Positions 25,401 through 40,200 of a stretch of 64,000 bases of DNA are shown here, piece after piece. The position numbers and the translations under genes were made by a program. The number at the start of each line of letters is the position of its first letter. Within the stretch, counting starts at the first letter, position 1. The DNA is from Callorhinchus milii (lineage: Eukaryota). The DNA is taken from the NCBI RefSeq assembly GCF_018977255.1, contig NW_024704742.1, positions 50,036,001 through 50,100,000 on the forward strand. The letters are read 5' to 3'. The notes under the pieces were generated by a model that was not told where the DNA came from, did not search any database, and saw nothing but the letters and a program-made list of their open reading frames with translations.

Positions 25401-28400
25401 GCTATACATTATTTTCAATCAGGAAACAACAAATATCCAATTTATTTTTGATGTTAGAAAGAGCCAAATGCGTGATTGGCTCTTTACTCATGTTAAAAAA
25501 TGCTCTCTTCAAAGTTTGCAGTCTGTACAATCTTTGAAAGGGGCCTGAGGAAGCACATTGAATTAACAAACTGTTTAACAGTATAGCTTGGGATCTCGGT
25601 GCTTCTCAAAATTGCTGGTAAGCAAATTTACCACACAATATATTATGCAAATGCTATGAAAGTTGCTCTGCTGTTAAATCAGCCCAACACCTACGGTGAC
25701 AGCAATTTGCTCGGTAGGGACTCTGAGCTTAATTTTTTTTGCAGTATGGGGCAAATCATGTTGTCCAAACATAAATCTCTTAACTGTTTGCAGATAATTA
25801 ACAATTTTTTCACAAAGTAGCATTTTACTGAAAGAATGATTCAGTATGATCCTGTGAGACTATGTATAGTAATCCTTCTGCTATAATTACAGTAAGTGGA
25901 ATGAATTCATCAAGCAGGCAATTTCTGGAGATACGTTTTGCAGATGCTACAAAATGTTGCACATTCCAGTTTGCATCAGATTTGTTGCAATTTACATATA
26001 ACAGGATGAGAGGGAATAGTCGATAAGTGGTCTTGATACGATCATAAGTACTGTATCTTACAACATCAACTTTTTTGCTGAGACCTTGTGCAATTGCTTG
26101 GGAGATTAAATCAGAATGACTTGTCATTATCTCCAGGCTCTGAACACAGTACAATGGTTCATTTTTTTGGAACAAGACATCTTCAAGTTCTCACAGTAAT
26201 GAAGTGATAAACTCGGAGGTGGATTTCTATACCATGACATTCTTGTGTGTTATGGCCTTGTACTTGTAATGAAAAGTTACTGCCTACAGGTTCTCAAATT
26301 AAATTTGAAAACATAACTGTAAAAACACCTGTTCTTTTCATAGCCTCTATTGTTCATTTGAGACAAGTATTATCTCTCAGACAGTCCATATTACGTGGCT
26401 AGTATGCAGCATGCCAAGTTATACTGCATTGTTGTTTGCTCCTTCTCAGAATCTACATTAAGATCTAATAAGTGGTGACTTCTAACATGACTGCCTAATG
26501 TATTATAACTCAATCCAAAATCGTGTTACTATAAGCTTCTTTATTTGTCAATCCAAACACTCATAAATCCACCTCTCTAAACCACACACCCTTTGTCCCA
26601 CTCCTAGTGTCCTTCTGTACTTCCTGCCCTTCTTATTATTCTGCCTTTTATTATTTGTTAATTTACTGTGAAAGAAGTATCCAACACCCAATGAAGAGAA
26701 AGAATGGGGACTCGTACTGGTAACTGGAAGTAGGTCATAAATATTAGGCTGAACCACAAGAAATTGCTCCAAAAGTAGATGGTTTCAGAACAGAGTTCCT
26801 ATAAGCCAGTGTGAGCATGCTTCTGGTTTCTTCATCAAAGAAATTGCAGCTTATTAGACACTATTGACAGGCTCGGATGAGAAGGGTTATCAAAAATTGC
26901 ATTTTCAAGCTCCTAAGTTCTCTTCAACTACCAATCTTGTTAATAGATGTGTGAATGAACCTATACTACACCTATTGAAATCAGACAGTTTTTCAAATTT
27001 GGAAGCACTCTTGTTGGGCATTGTGTTAGACCTTGTTTCCATTAATGCACAAGGATTTAATAGCTGGACAGATACGTAGTGGTACAGGAATAAAACAGGA
27101 TGGTATTGGGATTAAAATATTTGCCAAGGTCCAATAAACTTGCTGGCTGAATGGCCTGCTCCTGTTTCTATTTTCCTACAGTCCTAGCCTTTCTTATCAA
27201 TGGGTCTATTATGTGCCATGTGTAAAATGTATAGAGGGAATTATAGATGCCATTAACTAGCCAATAATCCTTGCCAACAATCCCGCAAATAAAACAAAGG
27301 TCACTCTCACTCCTTGGGAGTTGTGGGGCATTGCCGTGTGCAAACTGACTGCCATCTTTGGCCACAAAATGCACAGTCACATCACTGTATCCTGTGAAGC
27401 ACTTTGAGACATAACAAAGACATGATAAGGCTCTGTATCAAATGCAAGGATTATTATAAATGAATCCCCCTTGAGGTGCCTACCACAAATACTGGAAGAA
27501 ATGTTTGAGATTCTAGGCCTTGGTGCAATGTTACTGTGCTTAAAAACTGAGGTTTGTCATACTCTGATCCCCAAATGTCATAATACTGAACTTTTCCCCT
27601 TCACAATAGGGAATCCCAATAAAAAGACAAGCAATCATTGTTTTTAATCCATCTCCATATGGTACACTCCGTGGAAACAGAAGTTGTTTATCATGAGGAA
27701 AATTGGAAAGTGACTGTCCTGCGCCTTAGGACATTCTCCTGACACGAAGGGCACCATACAAATGTAATTTGTTATTTGTTGCTGTTCCTGAGATAAGATG
27801 CAAGAAGAAATTTACACCAGAGTATATATTTACCCTGTTTATGTAGCATCCAGAATTTGGTAAATTGTTCAATTCAGTCTTCAGATTGAATGCATTCCTA
27901 AAAGAACTTACAGAAAACTGGCTTCAATTGGCCTTGATTTTGAAGCCAGTTACATAAATAAGAGTAAATCTGAACTAGGTAAAATTTCTCCTTGAAGGAC
28001 GAAATCAAATTTTTCCTCCACTTTGACTTTATAATATACAATATTACACAAAACAAGTATTTTTCATACACTTATATAGGCGTCATGTGAAAAACATTCT
28101 CCTTGTTTAACTATCTATAATCTCCTAGGAGGACAGGAGTGGTGGGGAGATAGGCAGGGGCCTCCTTGGAGCTGAACTGGCTCCAAGGTGACATGTTTGG
28201 CAACAGAATGTCAGAAATGTGCCCACTTTCTGTTGGGGTGTCGGTAGTCCAGTTCCTGAGAAAGACGGGTCCGCAGTACTAAGTCAACAACAGAGCCAGG
28301 CTGATTATCCTAACTGGACAAGTAGTAGGAAAATCTTGCCAAGCAGGGCTCTGAATGGCAAGATATGCTGTTTTATTATTATATTTATTATTATTTTAGC

Positions 28401-31400
28401 TTGTAGGATTCCAGAAGTACCCTAACGCACACTCTGGGGTCCCAAAGCCTTGGCTCTTGCCAACCTGTGCCTAATATAATAACCATAACCAACCATGATA
28501 TATGAAGAGTATCACCTTTTAAATAAGCCAATTCAGCACTGAAGCAGCTGTGATTACGGCTGTGTCACCAAAATAATGTGAATGGTCTTGTGACGAGGCA
28601 GCTCAGTTCATGTCAAACTTCATGCAATGCAATACTCAACCTTATTCGTACATATTCTAGATTAACACCACTAGGCACTAGAAGGGGGATAATCCCTCCA
28701 AAAAATAATAATAATAATAGTAATTTGGTCACTCAATTTGTGGGACACTGCTGTGTGCAATTGGCTGTTGCGTTTCGCCCACAAAATATACAGTCATTTC
28801 ACTTTACAGCATATTCTGTGAAGCACTTTGAAGTGTCTCGAAGACATGGTAAGGCGCTATATCAAATGTAAGGATTATTATTATTATTAATACTATCCAG
28901 AATTAGGTGAGCAGGATGCATCTTTCCAGGAAGAGTGTGCATTTCATTCCAATAAACATCTCTGGAATTTCCACGTATAGGAGGGATGCAAGGAACTCTC
29001 AATTTGGTTTGGATACACTTGTGCATAATGATGGTTTTTCATATGTGTCAGACACCCACCCAGCTGACAAAAAAATATCATACCAAAGCCAAGATGTAAA
29101 CAAACAAATCTCTATTTTAATTGATGCAGCAAGATTTCAACTAATATATTATGTATGTATGCACTGCAAACCATGTGCCTTCACACTGTGTTCACTGGTT
29201 GAATGTTCAAGACTCGGAGGTGAAATTGATGGGATTGGAAGTGACAGTGTTACAACCATGTGAAGCAAATGCTCAGTGTGGCTACATTTCTTCACAAGAC
29301 AAAAGGCCGGGCTCTAATTAGAACATTTCGAAGACAGCGAGACACTAATCAAAGCAATCAGCTGCAAAACTAAATAAAAGCAATTGCCTAAAAAGACCAG
29401 TGGATTTCTCAGGAGAATCGGCCGCTTGCAACACTGTTCATCAGCAAGATTTTAAAGCTGTCAGAACCAGAATTTCCAGAAGCTGTCAGAACATGCAATG
29501 TATTTTGAGACGAGCATGCGTCTTTCATTCGATCCATCTGAAAGCAGACTGGCCAGGCGTTTTCTGTGTTGTTTCCATTGTGACTCTGTGTCGCAGTTTA
29601 AGATTTTGTGCCTGATCTTCGAGGACAGGATTTTGACCATAACCTGATCTTTCCACTTCTAGCCTACTGTAAACAGTCATAGGCAGTACTGGCATCACAG
29701 GAATTATCTTCCATGCATAAGAGGGCAGGAGTGCAATAAAGTGTTCTTTTAAAGAATCCACCAGATATTGTGTCCTGTTTAAACACCTCAATAAGATCAC
29801 TAAAAATTAGCAACCTGAGCTATTCTGGGCCTTAAACATATATTTTGTTGTCTATGATTCTCTCTTATTTGTTGTAATAGCCAGAGTGAAATATTCAATT
29901 AATACATTGATCATTCATTTTAATTCAGTACCTAGAGCAATTAATCAATTATTTACCTAAGAATGGTTGAAAAAAATAAGATGGGTGAAATTATAGAACA
30001 AATTACAGTCATCTTTGTGATGCACTCAGGGTTTTCTGAATGTGAGCAAAACATCTGCTTACTCCCAATAATAATAATCAGAGATGGAAGTGGAAATGGC
30101 AGAAACAATAGTTAATAAAAATGTGTGGGTTCAAAACTCAAGTTAGTACTTTAATCTCAGTCTAGGCTGATACTTCAGTACAGTGCTGCCTTCCTTCAGA
30201 TGAGATCCTAAACCAGTCTTGTCTGCCGGTTCAAGTGGATGCTAAAAACTCCATGCCATTATTCAAAAGGAGGAGGGACTTTATACTTGTTCCCCGACCA
30301 AAATGCTCCAGAAGAAAAGGTCATTCACTTCAAGTTGTTTGTAGGACATTGCTGAGTGCATATTGGCCCACAGAGTTCGCCCCAAAATACAAACGGTTTG
30401 GTTTGGATTGTTTTTATTTAGTCATTACACTTTACAGAATAGTGTTTTGAGACCTTTTGACATGTTAAGGAGCTGCATCAAATGCAACAATTATTATTAC
30501 TATTTATTATAACACAGGCAACATCAATGAACCTAAATATCTTTCAACAGTTCTTTTCCATTTATAACATACGTTCGTTCTTATGCAATTGGCCCCACAT
30601 TCTGTGGTGCTTCTCTACTTTTATATTTCTCCTTCCTCATCCACAAGCATCTACTCTTTCAAGACCTCCAATACTCCATATGTGCAAAAGTTTTAGATAG
30701 GTCAACTAATCAAGTGGCTGATTAGTTTGGGTTCTACTCGCACAATGTTATTGTCAAAGGTTTAGGAGCAATTTCCTGCTAAAACCTTACAACCTCATTT
30801 AATTTCCCTATTTCTGAGATTGTTTTGCCAAGACAATTAATGTGTCACTTCACCTTTTGTACTGTTGATCTCCTGCATTTAATATACCAGCAGGGAAGCT
30901 GCTCCTCTTTGGTTTGGATACTCTTAACCAGGGTGATGGGTTTCCGCATGTGTCAAGCACCCAGCTGACCAAAACATTTATATTTTCTAGGCAAAATGCT
31001 GCAGTCAATTTGGGCAAAGCATTGTCCCACGCAGCTATGAAATGAGTGACTAAAATGGATTCCAATGAGTTCCAAAAACCTGCAGCTTGTAGGAGAAAGT
31101 GAAAACTGAACGCCATATGAATTATCCTGGGAAAGATTGAGAAGAAAACGAGTTAGGCTTTTGGCAGTTATTCACAAAATACGTTGGAGTGTATGGACGA
31201 AAGTTATGTTTTCCTCAGAACTCATTAGGCTCAGATCAGTTAGATTGATAGATTTTCAGAATTGATCTATTCTAAGTATGTGGATCTTTATTGATTAAGG
31301 TTTGAATTTTGTCATTTCAATAAGGGGAATAATTATTATTAATTATTAATGCAACAATTCAAAGATAAAATGTCAAATCCTACACACTTTCTGGATGCTG

Positions 31401-34400
31401 AGTGAGACAACATAGACAGGGAAACAGAGTATCAGTTGGCATAATTCATATAGCAAAACAAGTCTACATCACTACAGATGAACAACTGAGATTAAAGTTG
31501 ACGCGTTGTTTCTAGTTCCTCCACTGGAGCTAACTGGTTGAATACCATTCACCTGCTGCTTCTCCATAGCCTTTGATATTATCTTTCCTCAAGTAGTTAT
31601 CCAATTTCCTTTTAATTGCTTTTATGGATTTGACTTCAACAGGTATTTGAGGTAAAGCATATCATAGTGTAATAAACCTCTGCCTAAAAATAAATTGCTC
31701 CTCCTTTTCTCTTCTTCGTGTTGTAATGGAAAAAGCAGTGTTCACATGTCTCACCTATAAACACAGCAGAGAGGTTGCGTCAATATGTACTTTTCCTATC
31801 CAATTGGTGTAGCTCTTCTGTACAAATTCATGTGGTTCCTGCCGGATTCCTATACATTTTATACATACAGTATCAAGGTCAGTGTTCAGATCTATTATGT
31901 AAGACTGTAATGCAAATCAACTGCTGGTGAAGAACTAACCTCTAAACTAATAACTGATATTCTTTTTGAGATGCACGAGGCATACAGCTGGACAAAATTC
32001 TACAGCAGCTGTGTGTTGTTCAGGAAGCCACGGGTAATACCCCCGGGTATTAGCTATGCTGGTGTTATTTTTGTTGATGGCATCAGGAGACTAACCCTAT
32101 TCCCAACAGATTCAGTAGATAGCACTGAATGAATAAGCAGCTATACTGCACGGCCACACTCAATGCTTCCGACAGCATCTTCTTCACACTCCTTTGCCTC
32201 CCACGGTCCACTCCCTTTTAAACATAATAAGAACCATGTTAAAGTGCCCCTGTAAAAGAAGTACCAACTTTGAAGGTTATCCTATAGAGAAGGCAGCAGG
32301 GAGTGAAATGACATTCGGAACTATTATTCGAACCTCATGATTTAATTATTGCTTCAAGATCACCCCTAATGTTATTATGTTAAACAATGTATATTATTCA
32401 ATTTGTAAATGAGAAATTTGACTGTATTTTAGTCATGTTTTAAACCAGCTGTTTTGTGTTCATGCCATTGGTCTGTGTGGAATGAAACACAGGAAGATGT
32501 TACTATTATTGCAGTGGGTTTCATAAGACAAAATGTGCAGTTGGTTACAGGGAAATCCTTGGTCTGGAGAATAATGAATAGCTAGGAGTGAGTACAAGGT
32601 GGCAATCTAATCCAGAGCTTTAGATGAAGTCATAAATCTTAACAGCAAAGCTTGAGTAGTGTATGGCCTTCATCTGAAATGTCAAATAACGTTACTGTTG
32701 TGAATATTCTCCTGAGTACCTTGTTTTAAATAACGTTTACATTTGAGCTTGTCGAGGCAGCTTTATTGTATTTCAGGTCCTTGCTAATAATGAATATCAT
32801 GTTGGAGATAACAGGCAGTGTGCCCTGAACAGGCTCATCTCTGATGATATAGGAAGTCAAATACTCTGCGATTCAAAACAGGAGTCGCTAACAGCAACCC
32901 TGTTGTAATTCCAAGCGCATTGTGCCGCCTGCAGAAATCTGACCTACTTTTTGAGTGAAGTTCCCACAGATCAGAGTGACACATTCCTAGTTACTGTCAG
33001 AAGTGCCGATTTATTAATCCTGTTACAAATCGTTCCACATTAGACCCCACAGCTGTTCTAATTTTACGAAATCCACAACTTATTGCCAGAAAATTAGAAA
33101 GGTATCCTATTTTTCTCAGGCGACTTGTTATATATATAGGGGAGGATTTTCATCATGTCGATCATTACAGTTTTTAAAAAAATAAATCAGGCAGGAAATC
33201 TATAAACGCAGGATGGATAAGTGCAATTTTCCACTGAGCAGTCGAATTCTGAAGATGGTTCTGAAGATTGAGAAAGAGAATGCAACATGAAGTGCTAAAT
33301 GGACCATTAATTAACATTAACAAGATCATTTGTGCCTATAAAATACTAATTTGGTACAGTTTAATCTTTGCATTTGATAAAGCAGCATATTATGTCAAAA
33401 TATATCACAATCCAATGTAGTGACTGTGTATTTGTAGGTGAATGAAGAAGCCAATATACACAAGTTGTGGAGTCCTATAACTCAGTGGTTAGAGCACTCG
33501 GCTCACAAGTGAGAGAACTGGGTTCGATTCCTGGCAGGGCGAAACTTTGGGCAAGTTTCCTTACTCCACATGCCTCTGTTTACCTTGCAGTAAGAAAGAA
33601 CCCAATTCATGACACAGGACTTGATCCCACAAAAGCAAGAGTATTACCAGGCTTTGTTAGCCAAGGATAATGGGAGAAATTCCCATCCCATTTCAAATAG
33701 TGCCATGGGATCTTTAACATCCACCTGAACACACATTTTACAATATAATGCAGACATGTCCTATGATCATTGGCTCACGGCAAATAAATCCAGTGTCGAG
33801 TAAGAAATTTGGGACAAATTGACACACAATTCCCTTTGTGTGGATATTGTGTGGCAGCCTGTTCCAGTTGCTTGGACCCTCTCCTCTCAATCAGAATATT
33901 GTAGGTTCAGGCCCTATGTTGGGACTTGAAGTCATGCAGTCCCGAGGGGTGGGGGTTGGATTGTTAGAGGTGCCATCCTTCAGATGAGATGCTTAAATTG
34001 AGGTCCGATCTGCCTATTCATTTGGACATCAAAGATCCCATGCCACTACTTCAGCAGAGAAGGGCATTTCTAAGGCTAACACATTTGCCAAGAAATACAC
34101 AGTCACTCCATTTCACCGTAAAATCTTGCGAATTGCTTTGCGACAACCTCCTGATGTGAAAGGCGCTTTATCAAATGTGAGGATTATTATTATTACGCTG
34201 TCCGTCACTTTATGTCATAACAGGAAATGAGAAAGAAGTTCCATTGTGAAGGAAAGCTAAAAGGGCACAGACCTGTGGAGTATCACCTGACTGTTGCAGG
34301 GATTGCCAAAAGGTGAACTAATTGACACATTGTGATACATACTTCTTTCTCCATTCTTTTCGTGTAAAGTGACAGTATTGTGTTACAATATATAAGATAC

Positions 34401-36683
34401 AATGGTGTATGGTGTGAATTAGCAATGTCCATCTTAATGTCGCTCCTGTAATACACAGATTGACTAGTTCAAAAAGAAGATTTCTTTAAAAATATCCAGA
34501 TGCCAGAGCAATACAGTGTACAGTATCTTCATACAAGTATATAGCCTGATTATACTCAAAATAGTTACACAGAGAATAGAAATATGCAAACTGAGTGAAA
34601 GAGTACAGATGCTTGTAAATGTGCACTAAAACACTGATCTAACAACTTTAATAGGGATGGGGTTGCCCTCAGGATTGCGTGGATTCAAGTTAGACTGATC
34701 TATTTCTGGGATTTTCATGTGTAAGTGGGCTGCATGGAATTCTCAGTTTGGTTTGGATACTCTTAAACATGGTGATGGGTTTCTGCAGATACCAGACAGC
34801 TGGCTGACCAAAATAAAACTAAAACACTGACATTATCAAATTCACCAAAACACAACAGATCCAAAAGTTAAAATATAATTTACTTTCTGAGGCAAAAAGT
34901 TAACTTTTATCATAAATTGTCTTCAATGTATTTACAGAATTTAAAGTTCACATTTATTGCACTCCAATGATAGGAGTATAGTATACTCCAATAGTATAGC
35001 AATAACATGAAGAGAAAGAACTCCACGTTTACAGCATTTATCAAGCTATAATATTTTAAAGTGCTTCACAGGTATCTGTTGTTAAATGTAGTGAGTGTGT
35101 TTTTAGGCAAACACAATATACATTTGCTCTAGGTGAGGTGAATGACCAATTAATCTAAAGGATTGCTGGCCAGAACCCATGGTGAAATATCTTTTCTTTT
35201 CTAAATAGGTAATGGGATCTTTAATATTCGCCTAACAGGAAGCCGCAATTTCAATTTAACATGTTTGAGTCCTCACTAAATGCCTTAAAATCCATCCTAA
35301 ACACCTACCTCATTGACCGCAACTACAGTTGCCTTCAAATTACACAGTCGCAATCATCTACAGTAAATCTTGTGAGCACTTTGAGATGTTTGACAACATA
35401 ATAAGGTATTACATAAATGCAAGTGTTTATCAAATGCATTATTATTTTTACGATCACCTCATTCCACCCGCTTCTTCCTTGCTTGGAGCCTGACATCATC
35501 CCTTTGAAACGCTCCGCAACATTATCCTACATGAAGCTATATAAATGGAAGTTGTTGTTGCTGAAGCATCTCATTCAAAAGACAGTACCTTTGACATTGC
35601 AGCACACTGTATACTAATGTCATATGCGGTACACACAATAACGTTTGCAATATTAGGCGCAGTAATCCAATATGTGTCTATCCAGGCAATTGTTTTTCCT
35701 TGTATAGAAAATAGATACAGTCTATTACAGTTTGACCTTTCAAACATGTAAAGTCCAATCAGATGGCCTACCTTGAAAGGGCTCCATGCCTGCCAGTTTT
35801 TCATGAACGTTATTGTAGATTGTCTGCTGCCAAACAATTCAATGTTCTCATCCTGATTTCAATATAAAGGTCCAGGACTGCACTTAGTAATTGAAATATC
35901 AATGTCAAACTTTCATCTTATGTTTTACAGTGAAGTCAATGGATTGTTGGGTCCATAGAATCCCTACTGAACTTATAACAAGGCTATGATGGCCAGTTCC
36001 CCTGTGTTTGTGTCAGCCTGGTTCATTTGGTAGCAGTCTGAGTCAGAAGATTGTGGGCCCCAAGTCAGGACCTAAACTCACATTATCTGGCTGGCATTTC
36101 AGTGCAATGTTAGGGGTGTGTTGCATTTTCAGAGATACTGTCCTTTGCGTGAGACATTTAACTGAGATTCCATCTGCATGTTAAAATCCCACAGCACGAC
36201 TCGAAAAGAGAAGGGAGTTTCTCCCAGTGTCCTAGACAACAATTCCCCAAATAAAATTTGTCATTCGTTTTATGGTTCTTTGTGGGACATTGATGTATGC
36301 AAATGGACTGCTTCCTACAAATACACAGTCACTCCACATCGCGGTAAATTCTATGAAGTGTTTTGAGATGTCCTCTCGACATGAAAGCTACTATACCAAA
36401 TACAACTATTATTATTGTTGTTATTATTTTGTGTGTAACCAGCCAGCTTGCTTCTGGGTTATCTGGTCTCCGCTGGTACTGCTTCTTGTTTTTGCCACAG
36501 AAAGTGACATCAGCAGCGACCTAATGACCTGGTAGTCAATCATTTTTAGTGCAGGAGGGAACCAGTTACACACATGTACATCTCATTCACGTTGTAAACG
36601 AACCAGCAGGTTCATGAAATGTCTAATAACAAGGCTACACTACTTACTTATTATGGTCGATGACGTTACCAGTGATAGTGGTA

Positions 36684-36862
36684 CAGTAAACTCCTGATAA
36701 CTCATCACTCAAAGAGAAATGGCCTCAGTGACGAGTTATCCAGAGTGGTGAGTTAGGCATTTGTATAAATTCATAAATAAATGCAGCCACAATTTTGACA
36801 GCATGCTGACTTAAGTGGTAGTGACAAATTAAGCTAGGGTCAAGTTATCAGGAAGTTTACTG
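36684..36862. mobile_element. Tc1/mariner (Tigger/pogo-like) MITE
   Basis: TIRs CAGTAAACTCCTGATAACT / AGTTATCAGGAAGTTTACTG; TA on the left, CA on the right. Confidence 0.75.
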
Positions 36863-38429
36863 CACTACAATTTACCCATGCAATATCTAATTCCCTATTT
36901 GTGCTATATTTATATAATATATTATATTGCATGCCACTGAGTCATTACAATTCCATAATTGTTTTGAAAAGTCTGTTTTGGGCATTGAGATTAAAAATGC
37001 CAGATTTGCTACCTGGATTGCTAGCAGTAACTTATACTGATAATGAGGAATGTATTTCAATGACCCACAGGATCTCTGTGATATAATTCTGGGCACAGGT
37101 GGCATGCATATGTGGAACTCTTAGTCTGGTTTGGATACTCTTAAGCATTGAGAGCAGTATCTGTCTGTGTCAGACACACGGCTGATCAACAAAATAGTAA
37201 TTATTGGTGCTTTGGAGCAGAGTCCCTTGCGGGTTGTTGTGAACACTTCTGCTATTAGTGAATCCAGGCAGTAAACCAGTAAACACAACATTTTCAACCG
37301 CACTGCTTTTATGTGGCACAGACAAACTGTTCTCAGTAGACAGAGAAAACCGAGTTCATTATTCAATAGACCTGCAGTTTTGTTTATCTTATACCATAAT
37401 TATAAGCTTAATTAACATTTAATATATTCAATTCAATATGCATTTGATTCAGATAATAAATCATGTGCACATCCACACCACGGTACATTGGGTTGCAGGG
37501 TTTCGTAACAAGCTCTTTTTGTGAGGAACACAAATGTCACAATTTTCACCCCAATATATAATGTTCACGAATATGTAGTATATAATAATAATAATCCTTG
37601 CATCTGATATAGCGCTTTTCACCTCTTCTAGACATCCCAAACCGCTTCACAGATAATGTTTAGTTCTTATTTACAACAACAAAACTTGCATTTATATAGC
37701 GCCCTTCACACGGGGTAGCATGTCGGTGTGCTTCAACATTTTAGGAGATGTAAAACTAGGACATGATTCCAAATATTATAAAAACAATTGGGGTAAAATT
37801 CTGGTTGGCATTATAAGCAGCACCTTTGGCAATGTCGGTCACTAATGGAATTTTTCCATCATAGTCGCCTCTCGCCAAAGTCTTTGACTGACATTTCAGC
37901 CATTGTATTTCACTCCCTTTTGGATTGTGCAGAATAATTTGTTGCCTGTCTCCTACACACACAGGCAATCAACCACCTTAATAATGCCTTGTTGTGGTAA
38001 AGTACTAATTAACTATGCCACTGCCTGAGTCACAATGAAGTGATGAAAAGAACGCTGTGTTGTTACTGCAGAATTTTAATCCTAATATTTATTGCAGCAT
38101 ATGCAATAAATACTTCTGTTGCCATCCCATGGAAAGCGAGCCATCCCTCAGGATTTATAGATGCTATATAAATTAATAGATTGGGTCGACACATTCATAG
38201 ATTGGGCAGATTTTGATTCAAAAGCAAAATACTTCCTGACCTGGTTAAAAGACGAATTAGTCTTATGATTCCATGACTCATGGACTGCCAGAGCCAGTGA
38301 AGATAATTGGATCTCATCTTCCGCACTGCTATCTTATTTCGAAGCAGAGATCAGTTTGTGAGTAACATCAAAGTACTGAATTTCCAGCTTCACAATTTCA
38401 TAGCCCACTATGTCACTCTACCTGGATTC

Positions 38430-38615
38430 ATCCACACCTTCAAGAGTGAGGTTGATAGAATTTTGGTAGGTCAGGGTATTAAGGGATATGGGGAGAAAGT
38501 GGGAAATTGGAATTGAAAGGATTAGTTGAGATACAGATCAGCCATGATCTAATTAAATGTCAGAACAGGCTAGAAGGGCTGAATGGCCTCCTCCTGTTCC
38601 TATGGTCCTATGTAC
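38430..38615 (+). mobile_element. CR1 3' end
   Basis: FKSEVDRILVGQGIKGYG, then gggctgaatggcctcctcctgttcctatg. Confidence 0.8.
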
Positions 38616-38633
38616 CAACTTCCATATAGAAGT

Positions 38634-38849
38634 TATAAACATAAAAGTTGCTGGGAACATGCAGCAGGTCAGGCAGTATCCATGGAGAAAGGAAAATTAG
38701 TTAATGTTTCGGTTCTATGACCTTTCTTCAAGAAGGTAAGTTTCATCAGTTCTGACGATAGGTCACAGACCTTAAACGTTAACTAATTTTCCTCTCTCCA
38801 TGGATGCTGCCTGACCTGCTGCATGTTCCCTGCGACTTCTGTGTTTATA
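38634..38849. mobile_element. Palindromic element (~100-bp arms), probably Penelope-derived, with degenerate hammerhead motifs
   Basis: Arms GGGAACATGCAGCAGGTCAGGCAGTATCCATGGAGA / TCTCCATGGATGCTGCCTGACCTGCTGCATGTTCCC; CTGACGA-stem-TAAACGTT core. Confidence 0.75.
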
Positions 38850-39739
38850 CCAGATTTGCAGCAATACTTTGCTTTGTTTTTCCCAAATAGAAGCTCGTGA
38901 GAATCAGACAATCTTTCATTCAGTGCTGATTTCATTAACATCCTAGGTCTTGTAAACAATACCCAAATACCAAGCTGTTCTCCTTCTCTGAATGGACCCA
39001 TCTATTTTAATAGGATAGGTTTCCATTCTATTAACATAAAGGCAGTCTGCAGCTCCAGCAATGTTATCACAAGTGTTATTTTTTCGACCGCTGCTATGAA
39101 TAATTTATCCTTATTAATTCAAGACTAAGGAGAAGAGTGTACACTGCTACAGATGGTGATGCTGTCTGTTCTCTACATTATTATTATTGCTGTACTGTAT
39201 TGCTGTACTTAAATACTGCTCTTTGTTTAATGACAGGTCATGACTCTGGACTATAGTGCCAAATCAGAAACCCAAACACAAGAGACATAATGAAACATAC
39301 TTGTCTCCTTGAAAAGCTATAACTAGCACATTCACATTGAACACAAAATCCATATATTTCACTAGGTGTTCACTTTGGTAATATCAAAACTCTAATCTAA
39401 ACTCTGTGAATTATTTGTTACCACCTGTCTCACTTAGAAACACTCTCCCCTCTGAGTCAGAAGGTTATGGGTTCAAGCCCCAGGTTGGGATTTGGTTTTA
39501 AGAATATTGTATTGTTGGAGGTGACATCCTTTGGACGACAGACTCCTGACAGGGTTTCTAAAAATGCAACAATTTAATTTGCAGTGTGAGTCTACAGCTT
39601 CTGGGAAGCAGAAAATATAAATATCTTAAATATGAATACGGTCAAAATACACAGTCGCCTGCAAAATATACAGTACCCATACTTTACATTAAATGCTGTG
39701 AAGTACATTGTGATGCCCTTCCAACATGAAAGGCCCTAT

Positions 39740-40200
39740 ACATAGGAACATAGGCCCATCAAGCCTGTCCACCACTTTCCAAGATTGAGGCCAATCCACA
39801 GCTCTGTTTCACCTCCTCACCCTCTCACCATATCCTCTGATATCCTTGTCTATCAAGCATTTTTCTATTCACCCTTTAAATTCTTTTTAAATTGCCTCTA
39901 ACTGCACTGCCCTCTGGGGGAGTGAATTCCACCCCCCCACCACCCACTGCTTGAAAAAATGCTTCCTCATTTTACTTCTAAATGTTTATCCTCAAGTTTA
40001 CAACTATGGTCCCTCGTCATCAGTTTTCTCGCCAGAGGGACCCTTTGCTCACTATTCAGGCTGTGAAATCCTTCATCATTTTATGTACTTCAATCAGATT
40101 ACCCCTCAACTTCCTGAACTCAAGAGAATACAATCCAAATGTTTCCATCCTTTCCTCATAATTTAGGCCCTTGACATCAGGAGTCATTCTAGTATGTATT
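39740..40200 (-). mobile_element. CR1 3' fragment
   Basis: cataggaacataggcccatcaagcctg terminus; gagtgaattccac..accacc and aaatgcttcctcat motifs. Confidence 0.7.
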
